Source of the DNA: Syncephalis fuscata S228
Lineage: Eukaryota; Fungi; Zoopagomycota
Assembly (NCBI GenBank): GCA_025786725.1
Contig: JAHLTZ010000013.1
Coordinates: 496,001 to 560,000, forward strand
DNA: 64,000 nucleotides
Direction of reading: 5' to 3'
Shown: positions 12,301 through 22,309 of the stretch, piece by piece
Layout of the letters: each line of letters starts with the position of its first letter
Numbering within the stretch: the stretch's first letter is position 1
Made by a program: the position numbers and the translations under genes
Notes under the pieces: generated by a model
The model's database searches: none
The model's input: only the letters and a program-made list of their open reading frames with translations
Told to the model about the DNA's origin: nothing

Positions 12301-15300
12301 GTGTACCTGGTTTTTCTACATGTCTTTGTAGTCTTTTCGTTATAATCGATGAGAATAGCTTCCTAGGTACTTCTAACAGTGTTATCGGGCGTAGTTGATC
12401 CAGGCTTGGGTTGGGACGGTCTACTTTTGGCAGTGGGATTATTAAGCCATTTTTCCATGACTGTGGTATGTCTTTCATCCTTAGACATGCGTTCATTACC
12501 GCTAGTATCAGTTTTTGCCAGTGGTCTGGTAACAGTTGGAGCAGTTCAGCTGATATATTGGATAGACCAGTTGCTTTCCTTTTAGGCAGTTTCTGTAGTT
12601 GTTCGCTGTACTCTTCCCATTTGATTGGGTCCATCAAGCCGTCGTAGCTGTTTCTTAACCACTCTCTTGGTTCGTATATACGTCGCCATGTTGCCGACCA
12701 CTGTCGTTCATCTGTCATTGGCTCAGCAAACCACTCCTTAAAGAATAGCTGTACCTTTTTTCGTACTTCTTCTGGTCTATCTTCAAGTTTGGTTACGCCG
12801 TCCTCTTTTATTGGCACATTTGTTAGACTGAAGCGTTCTTTATATCCATCCAGAGTTGATGTCAGCGTTCTTTTGAGCTTGGTTCTGAATTGTTCCATTC
12901 TACGCTTAGTTGCACTGGCTGCTGTGTTTGCTGATAGTTTAAGCTGTTTTCTTCTCGCCTGATTCAGCCATCTTGTCTTCAGATTGACCCAATATCCAGC
13001 TGGTACATTCCACGGCTCTATGAGTCGTTGCTTTATTTCCTCCCATGTATCGCTATCTATTCTACTTTCCAGACTCAGTATCTTTTTGGTGGCCCGTTTG
13101 ACTCTGTTGGTTATAACGTGGATTTGGCTATCGTTATTTCTTCTGCTGTATTTCACCAGTTCGTTCACCGCTGCACTTGCTTGCAGTTCAGGCCAGCGCG
13201 GAAATGATTCCTTCTTAGTGAATCTTATTATGATACGTGGCAGTTTGGCTTCTGCTGCTTTCATTACACATTTCTCGATATCATTCCATATGTCATCTAC
13301 CAATAACATGTTGTGGATATCGGCACTATCACTATAGCTGGTCAACTGCAGATATTTCCTTATGCGGCCCGTTGCTACTTTATCCAACTCCGCTCTAAAT
13401 TTGGCCACTGTTTCGTCGGTTAGATCGCTTGTTTTTATCTTTGCGTTATTTCGCTCGATAATTTGCCGATTCCTATTTGCCATAAATAGGTCTACAGTTT
13501 GAAATTCTGCGTATACCGCTGCGTGGTCAGTGTTGAAATTCGGTATATGGCCTATTCCTACTCCAACTACTCTCGTTGCCAGTTGTTGTGATGCCATTAT
13601 ATAGTCTAGTCGCGATTTTCTCACTCCAGACTCGAATGTATATACCTGATCGGTTGGGAAATGTACCCGCAGTGTATCTATCATAGTAGCTGCGTCTAGT
13701 AGATGAAATAGACGTGGTGAGTAGTGGCTGTGGTCTGTTTCCGTGCTATGTGTGTCTATTTCTCTATTGGCAACTGTATTAAAGTCACCCATCACTATAG
13801 ACTCAGTATGCTGTCGTCCATCTTTCGCCAGATTTTCCTGCAAGTACTGTTCCATTGCTGCTTGTCTCTCAGCATATTCAGGTACTGCTCTGTTCATTGA
13901 TGGGTAGTGTATTACATATACTGATAAGTTTCTAGTACGGAAAGCAAACCGCGCGTGTATTAGGTGTTTACCCAGCGTGTTGTATGCCTGCATGTTCTTT
14001 GCCCATCTCCTATGGATGTACAGCACTACACCGTTCCCTCTACTGTGGTCTTTTCCTGCATCTGTATGTATGTGCACATATTTTTCACGTACTTCAGCCG
14101 GATACCTCAGTCTTTTCACTCCTCTCTCGTCTAGCCACGTCTCTGTTATTGCAAACATATCAAACATGTGATCATTTATGAAGTGAAACAATGTATTCTG
14201 TTTTATTTCATCTACATACGAATGAGCATTAACATGTCCTATACGCAGCGACCGCACACCGTCTTCCAATGGCTTTGTAAGGAACGTTGATTTTTCGCCA
14301 AGGAAAAGTTCGTCTTCCTGGTCGTTTGTTGTATCCGCGTTATTCGTTGTATTGGAAGTCGCTGCTTGTGGGCCGTCTCCGGCCTTGTTGTACGGTTGTG
14401 GTACCGATAGTGACGTGGCATGTGTATTATTTGTGCGATGAGACTGTGTTGTTAGCGCTGGAGGGGATTTATTATGCGTCGCCTGCGTACCTTGTTCATT
14501 GACCTCACTATTTCTGGTTGGGCTGGACAGGCCACCATTATAGGATAATTGGTCATTTGAGTTGTACGTGGAGGGGTCGGACACACTGTAGCCTAGTTGG
14601 CTTGACTGGTCGTCGTGGTAGGGTAGTTGACCGCGTGTATTGTTCGCGTTACTGTAGATGGACTGGATTGATTCCTCACTGCAATAGGACATTTGATCAT
14701 CCGCGACAATTATTGGGCTGGTTTTTTCTGCAGCCACGTTGCCGACCGTTAGATTTGTTTGTTCAGATCGAATAAATTCGTCTGTCAGTCGTTTCATTGC
14801 TTCTACAGCTGTTCCAAAATGGCTACTCACAGACTGAATGTATTTTAGTCGGTGGTTCATTTGCTGAATTACTTCACTGTTCCTTTGGATCTCGGCTTTA
14901 CTTCCGCTGATTTCTTTTTTGCAGTCGTCAAGTCCGGCACGTGTAGCTTGTTTGATCTCTTGCTGTCCGCGCTCTAGTCTATCTAGTCGACTGCTTATTT
15001 GGTCCAGTGCTTTATATTCAGTTGTAGCATTGTTGGCTACCCGTACTCTTCGTCTTCCTAGTACTTCTTTGCTCTGGCTAGCCCGCCACTTGTAGAAGTT
15101 TGTTATTTCTTCGTCAGATCTGGTCCATCTGCACTCTTCTCGTGTATGGCCACTCAGTCTGCACTTGAAGCATAACACTTCGTAGTAGTAGTGCCAGGAT
15201 ATCACGTGCCGATTTCCAAATAGTTGGACGGTTCCATCCACTGATTTGGCTTCTTCCTCAGTGTTGAAGAATACTTTTGTCTCCGAACGAATTTCTCTGT

Positions 15301-16097
15301 TTCCGCTTATTTTTACAAATTTAAAGCGAGCTGCTCCTTGCCTTTTTAGAAAGTCGTTTACTTCTTCTGGGGCTGCGTCGGCGGGGAAGCCAGCTGCGGT
15401 TCTTCTTCTTTCGTTCGGAGTTGATTCATCGACAAAGATCTGCATGTCGTTTATCATAAAAGTTTTTCTTTCAATTGCTTGATTTCTTGCAGCTACTGAG
15501 TGGTATTCAGCGAAACCGTACGTTGTTGTTGATGCGTTGTATAGGGCAAAAATGCGTACATCCGGTATATCATCTCCTACCTTTAGCGCGTTTGCTACTT
15601 CTTGCTTGGTTGCATTTTTTGGGATCCTCTGCACCATTATTGATCGATCGTGGCAGTATTCGGTCGTTGGACTGGCTGCGTTGATGGTAGTGTCGCATCT
15701 TCTTGGTTTAACGCCAGTGTTTGGTATAGGTGTGGATTCAATACTTTGAGCTTTATTGTTGTCCCAGCTGGTTAGATAGATAACGTCGTTCAGCGTGGCG
15801 ATCAGTACGTTGCAATCTACAGATCTGTACACCCGTTGTACGATCTTTTCTGCTTCTGTTGAGCTGTTGGACATGGGTACCACATCACAGACTTTTAGCA
15901 TGAATTTATGCTTTTTCATATCATCCATTATTCTTGGTATTATCGTTTTCTTCAATAAATTGGTCTTATTTTAAGCTGCAGTTTTACTAGTGTTTATAAC
16001 AGTGTCTTCTCGTTTTACGTGTGCAGTTTTACTTTTGTTTTTCACGCGTGAAAACCAAAAATTTTTGTCCCAAAAATCAAATCAGAAAGAGTCTCCT
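9359..16097 (-). mobile_element. Full-length non-LTR retrotransposon (LINE, APE-RT-RNase H type) with a single fused ORF, (TAAAA)n tail and 16-bp TSD
   Basis: Direct repeat CAGATGATAACTATTT at 9343-9358 and 16098-16113; (ATTTT)5 at 9355-9380; 6.5-kb uninterrupted ORF with LINE domains. Confidence 0.95.
9464..15928 (-). CDS. LINE polyprotein: RRM(s), CCHC zinc knuckle, coiled coil, S/N/T/Q linker, APE endonuclease, reverse transcriptase, RNase H, degenerate C-terminal Cys motif
   Basis: First ATG 15928 (ORF track starts at TTG 15955; in-frame TAA upstream). RRM-like SIMVQRIP...YGFAEY; CFKCRLSGHTREEC (15131-15172); APE motifs AITETWL, MGDFN, SRLDYI, TDHAAV; RT motifs LRPITLL, DIRRAYDSV, GLDQGEVNAPLLW, AFADD (FADD at 11816-11827); RNase H motifs YTDGS, TEILAL, TDSQ, KVKAHSGIRGNEKAD. 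Confidence 0.95.
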   Translation of the reverse strand: MDDMKKHKFMLKVCDVVPMSNSSTEAEKIVQRVYRSVDCNVLIATLNDVIYLTSWDNNKAQSIESTPIPNTGVKPRRCDTTINAASPTTEYCHDRSIMVQRIPKNATKQEVANALKVGDDIPDVRIFALYNASTTTYGFAEYHSVAARNQAIERKTFMINDMQIFVDESTPNERRRTAAGFPADAAPEEVNDFLKRQGAARFKFVKISGNREIRSETKVFFNTEEEAKSVDGTVQLFGNRHVISWHYYYEVLCFKCRLSGHTREECRWTRSDEEITNFYKWRASQSKEVLGRRRVRVANNATTEYKALDQISSRLDRLERGQQEIKQATRAGLDDCKKEISGSKAEIQRNSEVIQQMNHRLKYIQSVSSHFGTAVEAMKRLTDEFIRSEQTNLTVGNVAAEKTSPIIVADDQMSYCSEESIQSIYSNANNTRGQLPYHDDQSSQLGYSVSDPSTYNSNDQLSYNGGLSSPTRNSEVNEQGTQATHNKSPPALTTQSHRTNNTHATSLSVPQPYNKAGDGPQAATSNTTNNADTTNDQEDELFLGEKSTFLTKPLEDGVRSLRIGHVNAHSYVDEIKQNTLFHFINDHMFDMFAITETWLDERGVKRLRYPAEVREKYVHIHTDAGKDHSRGNGVVLYIHRRWAKNMQAYNTLGKHLIHARFAFRTRNLSVYVIHYPSMNRAVPEYAERQAAMEQYLQENLAKDGRQHTESIVMGDFNTVANREIDTHSTETDHSHYSPRLFHLLDAATMIDTLRVHFPTDQVYTFESGVRKSRLDYIMASQQLATRVVGVGIGHIPNFNTDHAAVYAEFQTVDLFMANRNRQIIERNNAKIKTSDLTDETVAKFRAELDKVATGRIRKYLQLTSYSDSADIHNMLLVDDIWNDIEKCVMKAAEAKLPRIIIRFTKKESFPRWPELQASAAVNELVKYSRRNNDSQIHVITNRVKRATKKILSLESRIDSDTWEEIKQRLIEPWNVPAGYWVNLKTRWLNQARRKQLKLSANTAASATKRRMEQFRTKLKRTLTSTLDGYKERFSLTNVPIKEDGVTKLEDRPEEVRKKVQLFFKEWFAEPMTDERQWSATWRRIYEPREWLRNSYDGLMDPIKWEEYSEQLQKLPKRKATGLSNISAELLQLLPDHWQKLILAVMNACLRMKDIPQSWKNGLIIPLPKVDRPNPSLDQLRPITLLEVPRKLFSSIITKRLQRHVEKPGTLGGKNHGFTPGAQTADLSIVFQATADISRLIPGKADMLVLTTDIRRAYDSVPMSGLKKALQRLCIPDEYTELLLNISGGRTTRVNTAHGNTDPFAPERGLDQGEVNAPLLWKIFYDPLLTALEDNSFYGMEAGELVNKHYPMPEYMQQARTATLTYGAFADDLHLVSGTYEGLQKLADICTEFFDIHQIEVAAHKSQIWTSAKTAPETDPIINLGSGENTAITNVQNSAAPHKILGSYVTHTPAARYKAIEEMNMAINKFIYILAPKKLSTEILVYVFNSVLMPAIVHRIQHLPMTDEQLKIMERKWRGLLKKKAYVCRNTPTVLVNNSAYIGLDSLKLRRDTRLITSAIRTIENGGRAANLMNAALWMAKYRQHLPCMPWERPMQLYKSIDLISNTTKYLEEYQIAIRPAINGIWPSERRPNGTPLRIAAPNIAFKAELKRKLAKQSVYYMEDVIRMDNEDDILDIKDEWKLTAKQSDTLRREMYAAIERDGGGVGNEIAGNVNTDDHLAKPAPPGELAEYNSIYTNVSDYAEVLANSKTLTWYTDGSLDSTRTKGGFAAVCEHNEAIDLAISGRIHHSDLSSTSTEILALAHVIATVPKQTELILKTDSQATIDGWKRYVEGKKPVQHTTTNAVLWDHLQAVTKNRADITLEKVKAHSGIRGNEKADLLAKVAAAREGPTWKLNQMAANKLRFRIVDKGATSLQSIAYIMKKKEKDRISKETTKVLNDRFKDICVWPEGGEEGKAEAVKWTQQIMDYKEMKKVKGSSIVMSKWRSFITAVHTASAPSGIGDEEEEKECDLSRQCKLCSHDVDVEKVYERIEKECTKTVKKIIQSEEPEAPVLDPDRIKQISNQIIITAPWRSKSGKNGLMNMTTNRAIDQCEVSSNKKRSLRSAMLYYGTLTTMQHWTTHRKEYTMPNKLQGLRLPLAQRQQQPLPPTQILAN

Positions 16098-16113
16098 CAG
16101 ATGATAACTATTT
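16098..16113 (+). repeat. Right target-site duplication of the LINE
   Basis: Identical to 9343-9358. Confidence 0.9.
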
Positions 16114-16333
16114 ATTCCTTATCAAAGAGTTTCTAAATCTTTTATAATTTGCTGGAACACAGTCCATCGATATTTATTAGAGTTTCTATACTACAACCAC
16201 TTTAAGCTATTTGTTTTTGCTATTACACTTTTATCTTTAATATTCTAAACACCTACAACTATAACTACAACACCTACAACTATAGTAATCACAACAGCAG
16301 CCATAGCATCTTCAACTCAAGCCAAGTGCAAGC

Positions 16334-17509
16334 ATGAGTTCTGACGCTACTGTTTGCATAGACTAGTCAGCGGACAGTATGAAAAAGATCCCTCGACTAA
16401 AGAGCTAGAGTGGAGAAATGTTGCTATAGCTAGCTTATTTGTTCTTATAAACAGTAGGTAGCGTCGAGTAACGTGTAGCCAACTAACCAATGGACCATTA
16501 GTGGCTATTTCTTCGGGATTTGGCCTTGAATTAGAGATTCCTTTGCTAGTGGCTTCGCTACGATGTGTTGTCCAATTGACATTGATGGGCATGGTGCTGG
16601 AAAAGATATTTAGCACAGATAATCCATGGCTTGTTATTGGTATGGGATGTAAGTTTTAATGGCAGTCTATGCAGCAGACACGCAATGGACACGAAGTAAA
16701 TGTTGCTATTAGGTATCCTAGTGCTTCTTGCGTCCATTGAGATTACGTTTCACAAGTGCAAATATCGATTTAACGGGATGGTAAAAGCTAGGCTAACGAT
16801 AAGCCATTGTAACTAACGCATTGTATTAGTTTAAAGTGTTACTATTCGCACTTTTTATTAGCTGTATGCTAGTTAGTATAGTCGGTAAGTAGTTCATGGC
16901 CATGACTAATGCTTGGTATTTTAGTAACTAGCGGTCTATTATCTTTATTTAGGTAATATTCTAGCCATTGAAGCTACACCATTCTGGGATCCGTACAAGT
17001 TCATTCCTACACTGGGCATGCTGGTCGGCAATACTATGTCGGGTGTGGCTATTGCCATCAATAGCTGTATGATGCAATTTAGGTATGGTTTTGATCAACA
17101 ACGACACTCAAAAATAACAAAAAATTAGGGAACACCGAGAACGAATAGAGGTGCAACTAGCATTTGGCGCAACTCGTTGGGAAGCAGCCAAGCCAACTAT
17201 GGTAGAGTCAATACGGCTTGCCATGCTACCTACCATTAATTCTATGAGGTAAGGGCCGTGGTAAAAGTGAAAGAGGTCAAATAGTAGCAGTCGTGCTTAT
17301 AATGTATATAGTGTTATGGGATTGATTACGATACCAGGCATGATGACGGCCAGATTCTAGGCGGGGAAGAACCAATGTCGGCGGTAAAATTTCAACAGAT
17401 TATTATGTTTATGATTACAGCATCTACGGGCATTGGTACTGTTTGCGGTGTGATATGTGCAGTTATGCAGGAAGTCGATGTAAGAAAGAAAGAGCGAAAA
17501 GACAAATAG
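16334..17509 (+). CDS. UPF0014 family (FetB/YbbM, STAR2/ALS3-like) membrane permease; multi-exon; probable 1-nt errors at ~16353 and ~17349
   Basis: Exons translate to LLVASLRCVVQLTLMGMVLEKIF, FIPTLGMLVGNTMSG, IEVQLAFGATRWEA, LAMLPTINSMSVMGLITIPGMMT(G)QILGG, AVKFQQIIMFMI. Start and stop are less certain. Confidence 0.85.
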
Positions 17510-17860
17510 TGATAGACATAGTCATTGTAACTAGTATATAAGTGGCATATTTCTACCGAATATCTAATAAATGCTTTATTGGTCGTACTTTTAGTTTCTA
17601 ATAGTATGGATGAGTCATTCATAATAATGTTACTTGTATTTGAAATGATACCATGTATACTTGAATGAAGTAAAAACAATAGAATGCAATTACTATTTAA
17701 TATAAAATCCTGTGAACTGATAGGCTCTGTCATTGTCATGATTCATCAGTGTGACGCACACATTTGCCCACACAAATGATGAGCCATTAAAAGTGTGCTA
17801 CTTTTTACGCAGTTTACTTCAACAATTGAGTACTTGTTGTTTTTAATAGTCAAATAAACA

Positions 17861-20800
17861 ATGAAACAGCGATTTACCTCTATTGACGTGCGCGCCATTG
17901 TTAATGAGCTGCGAGATCGGTAAGTAGCGTTCAAAGCAGTACTCTGCCAGCATTACAGCTATTAATGTTCTCTATATGGTCAGCGTCGTTAATTTACGCC
18001 TACAAAATGTCTATGATGTTAATTCAAAGACATTTCTATTAAAGTTTGCGCGGGTAAGCTGATTACGGCAATATTGTAGCATAGGATGGTAACAGTTTAT
18101 TAATATTGCTCTTATAGTCGGATAAGAAAGAGCTTATTCTACTTGAATCAGGCATCCGTATTCATTCAACGCAATATACACGCGATAAAGCGAATATGCC
18201 ATCCAACTTTTGTATGAAGGTATGTATTAGTGCGTGTATTTGCGATATACTTATAAATGATGTATCTAGTTAAGAAAACATATTCGTATGCGTCGTTTAA
18301 CCAATGTACGCCAATTGGGAACGGATCGTATTGTTCATTTTGAATTTCTCGGTAATGAAGCTGATGGCGATTTCCACTTATTTGTTGAGTTCTATGCATC
18401 GGTAGGTGGACTACGTAAAATTAAGATAATTGAATTAAGTGTGAATAGGGCAATATTATATTGACCGATCACGCCTTTAATATTATTGCGTTATTGCGAG
18501 TGGTGCAACCAAGTGAATCTGTACGATTTGCAGTGCGTGAACCATATCCACTATCTACTGATACGGCGAGACGCGACTGGCAGTTGCTGCCATCAGATGA
18601 TGATTTAAAGGCGGCTATTCGTAATGCAGTGCAAGGAGCAGCGGCCAAAGACAATTTAAAGCGTACTCTTGGCGGTATAGCTGTCCTATCTGATTTAGGA
18701 CCAGTATTGATTGAACATGCTATCCGAGTGGCAGGATTAGAGCCTCAATTAAAAGTGGCCAGCGACTTTGACGCTGCTGATGGTAAATAGCGCTGCTTTA
18801 TAACCATCGTTGTATATCTATTTATTTATTTGTATGTTTGTATGTAGCATCACCACAAATGACCTCTCTTATGCACGGCTTAAAGGAATCCCGTGACATG
18901 CTAGCTGCGCAAAGTGCATCAGGCCCTCGAAAGGTAAATTAAATCATTTAATTACTAAGCAGTTGTAATTAATAATGTTATAGGGATATATTATTGGAAA
19001 GCCATTGACTAATAAAGCGGCCAATACTGAAACAGACAATGAGTTAATGTAAGTCATTAATATACATGTATCATTTATTAAATAGTGTTTTATAGTTATG
19101 ATGAGTTTCATCCATTTATATGTGCACAGCATCGAGCATTGCCGCACAAAGAATTTGATTCATTTGATGCTTGTGTTGATGAATTTTACACGTTTATTGA
19201 AAGTCAGAAATTGGAGACCAAAACTGTACAACAGGTAATTAGTACTATTAAATATATAATTTATGTTGTTGTTGTTGTTGTTGTTAATCAATGATCATGA
19301 CAATAGGAAGTGGACGCCGATAAGAAGCTGAATAAGATTAAGCGTGATCAATTTTCCCGTGCCAGTTCATTAGCAGTGACGCAGACCGAGAATGAACGCC
19401 GAGCAGAACTCATTTTAAATAATCTGGATTTAGTCGAACGATCCATTAAATATATCCGACAGCATGTAGAAGATGGCACAGATTGGAAGTTACTATGGCG
19501 TATGATCCAGAACCGCCGTAAACAACTAACGCAAACTGATGCTGACCGGGCCCGTGAAGAAGAAGTGGAACGTAAAAAGGCCGAAGAGAAAGAAGCAAAA
19601 CGAGCCCGTGCTGCTAAAGCATTAGGTGTTGAAGTATCCGCACTAAAACCCTCTGAACCGGCCGAGTCTAAGGCAGAAGAAGAAGAAGAAGAAAAAGAAG
19701 GGTCCGAGAAAGTAGTCCGATTTGCCGCCGTAGGCACTAATGGTGTCGTAAGACGAGCACGTGAACCAGACCACGATCCAGTACTTGAAGATGATATTGC
19801 TATGTCATTAGTAGAACTCAAATTGACCCAAAACAAGTTTATTTTAGCACTATGGTAAGTAATAGGATAGGATAGTATATACAGTGCAATAATAGTAATG
19901 TTTATATTTAGTGATACCAATGGTAACGATACGGCAAATAGCGAGGCTGAAGATGATTCATCGTCAATGACCACATCCACCTCAGTGACTCGTAGTTCCA
20001 ATATAACGAATCCTGCTGCTGTCAAGGTTAGCATTGACACTTCTATGACGGCCTACGCCAATGCCCGTTCTTTCTATGATCAAAAACGGCAAAGTGCCGT
20101 AAAACACACCAAAACAATGGCCCAAGCCGAAAAGGTCAGTAGCAATAGATATAAATACAAATACAAATTAAATTAACATTTAATGAATTTATTAGGCCTT
20201 TAAGAGTGCAGAGAAAAAGATTCGTCAAGATTTACACCAAGTCAAAATCACAGCCACAATTAATCGAATGCGTAAACCATTCTGGTTTGAAAAGTTTATG
20301 TGGTTTATTTCTTCCGAAGGCTATTTAGTCATTGCCGGTCGAGATATGCAACAGAACGAACTGATTGTTAAACGCCATCTTCGTAAAGGTAAATATAACA
20401 ATATTGGTAGTAGTATTGGTAGTATTAACGATATAGCTATGCTATAGACGATAAATATGTTCACGCTGATCTACATGGTGCAGCTACAGTGGTAGTAAAG
20501 AATCCACATACATATCCACCACCACCATCAACGATGTTCCAAGCCGGCGTCATGTCAGTGTGTCAATCACGTGCTTGGGAGGCCAAAATGCTTGCATCTG
20601 CTTATTGGGTCAATTCCGATCAAGTGTCTAAAACGGCTCCATCAGGCGAGTATTTATCAACGGTAGTTTTATGATTCGTGGCAAGCGTAACTTTCTACCA
20701 CCCGTCAATCTCGTTTATGGTTTTGGCTATTTGTTTAAGATTGATGAGAGTTGTGTGGCTGCTCATGTATTGCAACAACGAGCAGAAAATCAACTATCAT

Positions 20801-22309
20801 CTACCGAGGAGACTGCTGCATCTGAAGAAGAACGTCGTTGGCGTGAACGACATAGTCATTACGAATATACCGATGAGGCATCATCTAAAGATACGACTAA
20901 TGAAGCAACTGATGATACAACAGGTAAGTGTTGTTAATAAAATAGTTATCTATCTATACGTTTATTTATTATTGGTTAGAACAAGTGGCTAAGCCTGTAA
21001 AGGTGGATGCAACAGATAAATATGCACTAGACAAGTTTGGCGATGAACAAATAATATTCTGACTGAACTACTAGCCACACCTAAACAGACCGCTACTTCA
21101 ACAACAGCAGAATCAACCACTGATAAGGTAACTACGTAGATATAGATATAGATATAGATAGATTAATCGTTTATTTACAGTCTCAATCTAAACCGGCCAA
21201 GAAACATTTATCAGCCAAAGAGCGACGAGACTTAAAGAAAGGCAAACCAGTAGAGACCAGTTACGATACAGAGAGTAAAAGTGATAAGGTTAATAATAAC
21301 AATATTAAAAAGAAACAAGCACCGACCAAGGCTCAACCAGCAGTGCCACAGAATAAAGTGAGTTAACTAATTGACTATTTAGTATTAATTATATTAATAC
21401 AACTTAGTCATCCAATAAAAGGTTAGAGGAAAAGGACGTAAATCAAACAAAAAAGATCACTGGTCCGATTCAGAACCGGAAACAGATGAATTAAAGGTAA
21501 TTAACTAGTTAACCTTAGTATATTGTATTAATACTAGTATCTAGCCTCGTCGTGGAAGAACTGATAGTCAATTGGGCGAACTAGTACATCAATTAACTGA
21601 TCTAAGTAAATCTAAAGAAGTAGATCAGCTGAATGAGGATGAACAGCCATTGAATACAGATATTGTAGATGAAACAGAACCATCTATCAATATTGAAGAA
21701 GAAGAAGACGAAGACGAAGAAGGTAATAGTAATAATGAACAAGATGGCAGTGAAATGGAAGAAGACGAGGAAGAAGACGAGGAAGAAGGAGAAGGAGAAG
21801 AAAAGGAAGAAATTCGCCGTTTAATGGCTGAAGAGAATATTGCCGTGTTAGATAATGAAGATGCAGTAAGTTATTAATATTAGTTAACTAGTCTATTAAT
21901 TCAATCTATTTAAAGGATAATCTGTCATTTATGGATGCATTAGTTGGCACACCACTGCCAGATGATGTTATTCATTTTGCTATACCGATTTGTGCACCGT
22001 ATGCAGCATTACAGCGGTGTAAATACCGTGTGAAACTACAACCAGGCACAATTAAGAAGGGCAAAGGCAAGTATCAAAAATACCAATAATGCTAATATTA
22101 GTATTTTACTGATTTATTGTTTAGCTTGTAAGGTGGCTTTGGACCACTTTTTACGACAGTCCAATATTACACAGCGGGAACGGGAACTGCTTAAAAGTGT
22201 ACCAGAGACTGAACAGATTGCCGCTATGCTCGCCAAAGTACGTGTGGTGACTGGTGATGGTCAGAGTAACAGCGGTCGCTCCTCGTCGAATAATCGACGT
22301 AAGCGATAA
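17861..22309 (+). CDS. RQC2: Ribosome quality-control subunit Rqc2/NEMF (NFACT family); multi-exon
   Basis: [116 protein letters not shown](G)[14 protein letters not shown]-terminal [23 protein letters not shown]. Confidence 0.95.

Noticed and set aside
9451-15749. Many plus-strand ORFs of 64-201 aa antisense to the LINE ORF
   Set aside because: Shadow frames of a long coding sequence; hydrophobic Ser/Phe/Leu bias mirrors sense codons; no domains.
16713-16719. GTATCCT resembling a U12-type 5' splice site
   Set aside because: It lies at the start of an exon after a normal AG acceptor and reads in frame (CILVLL).
19348-20040. 230-aa minus-strand ORF overlapping NEMF
   Set aside because: Antisense shadow of a Glu/Lys-rich exon.
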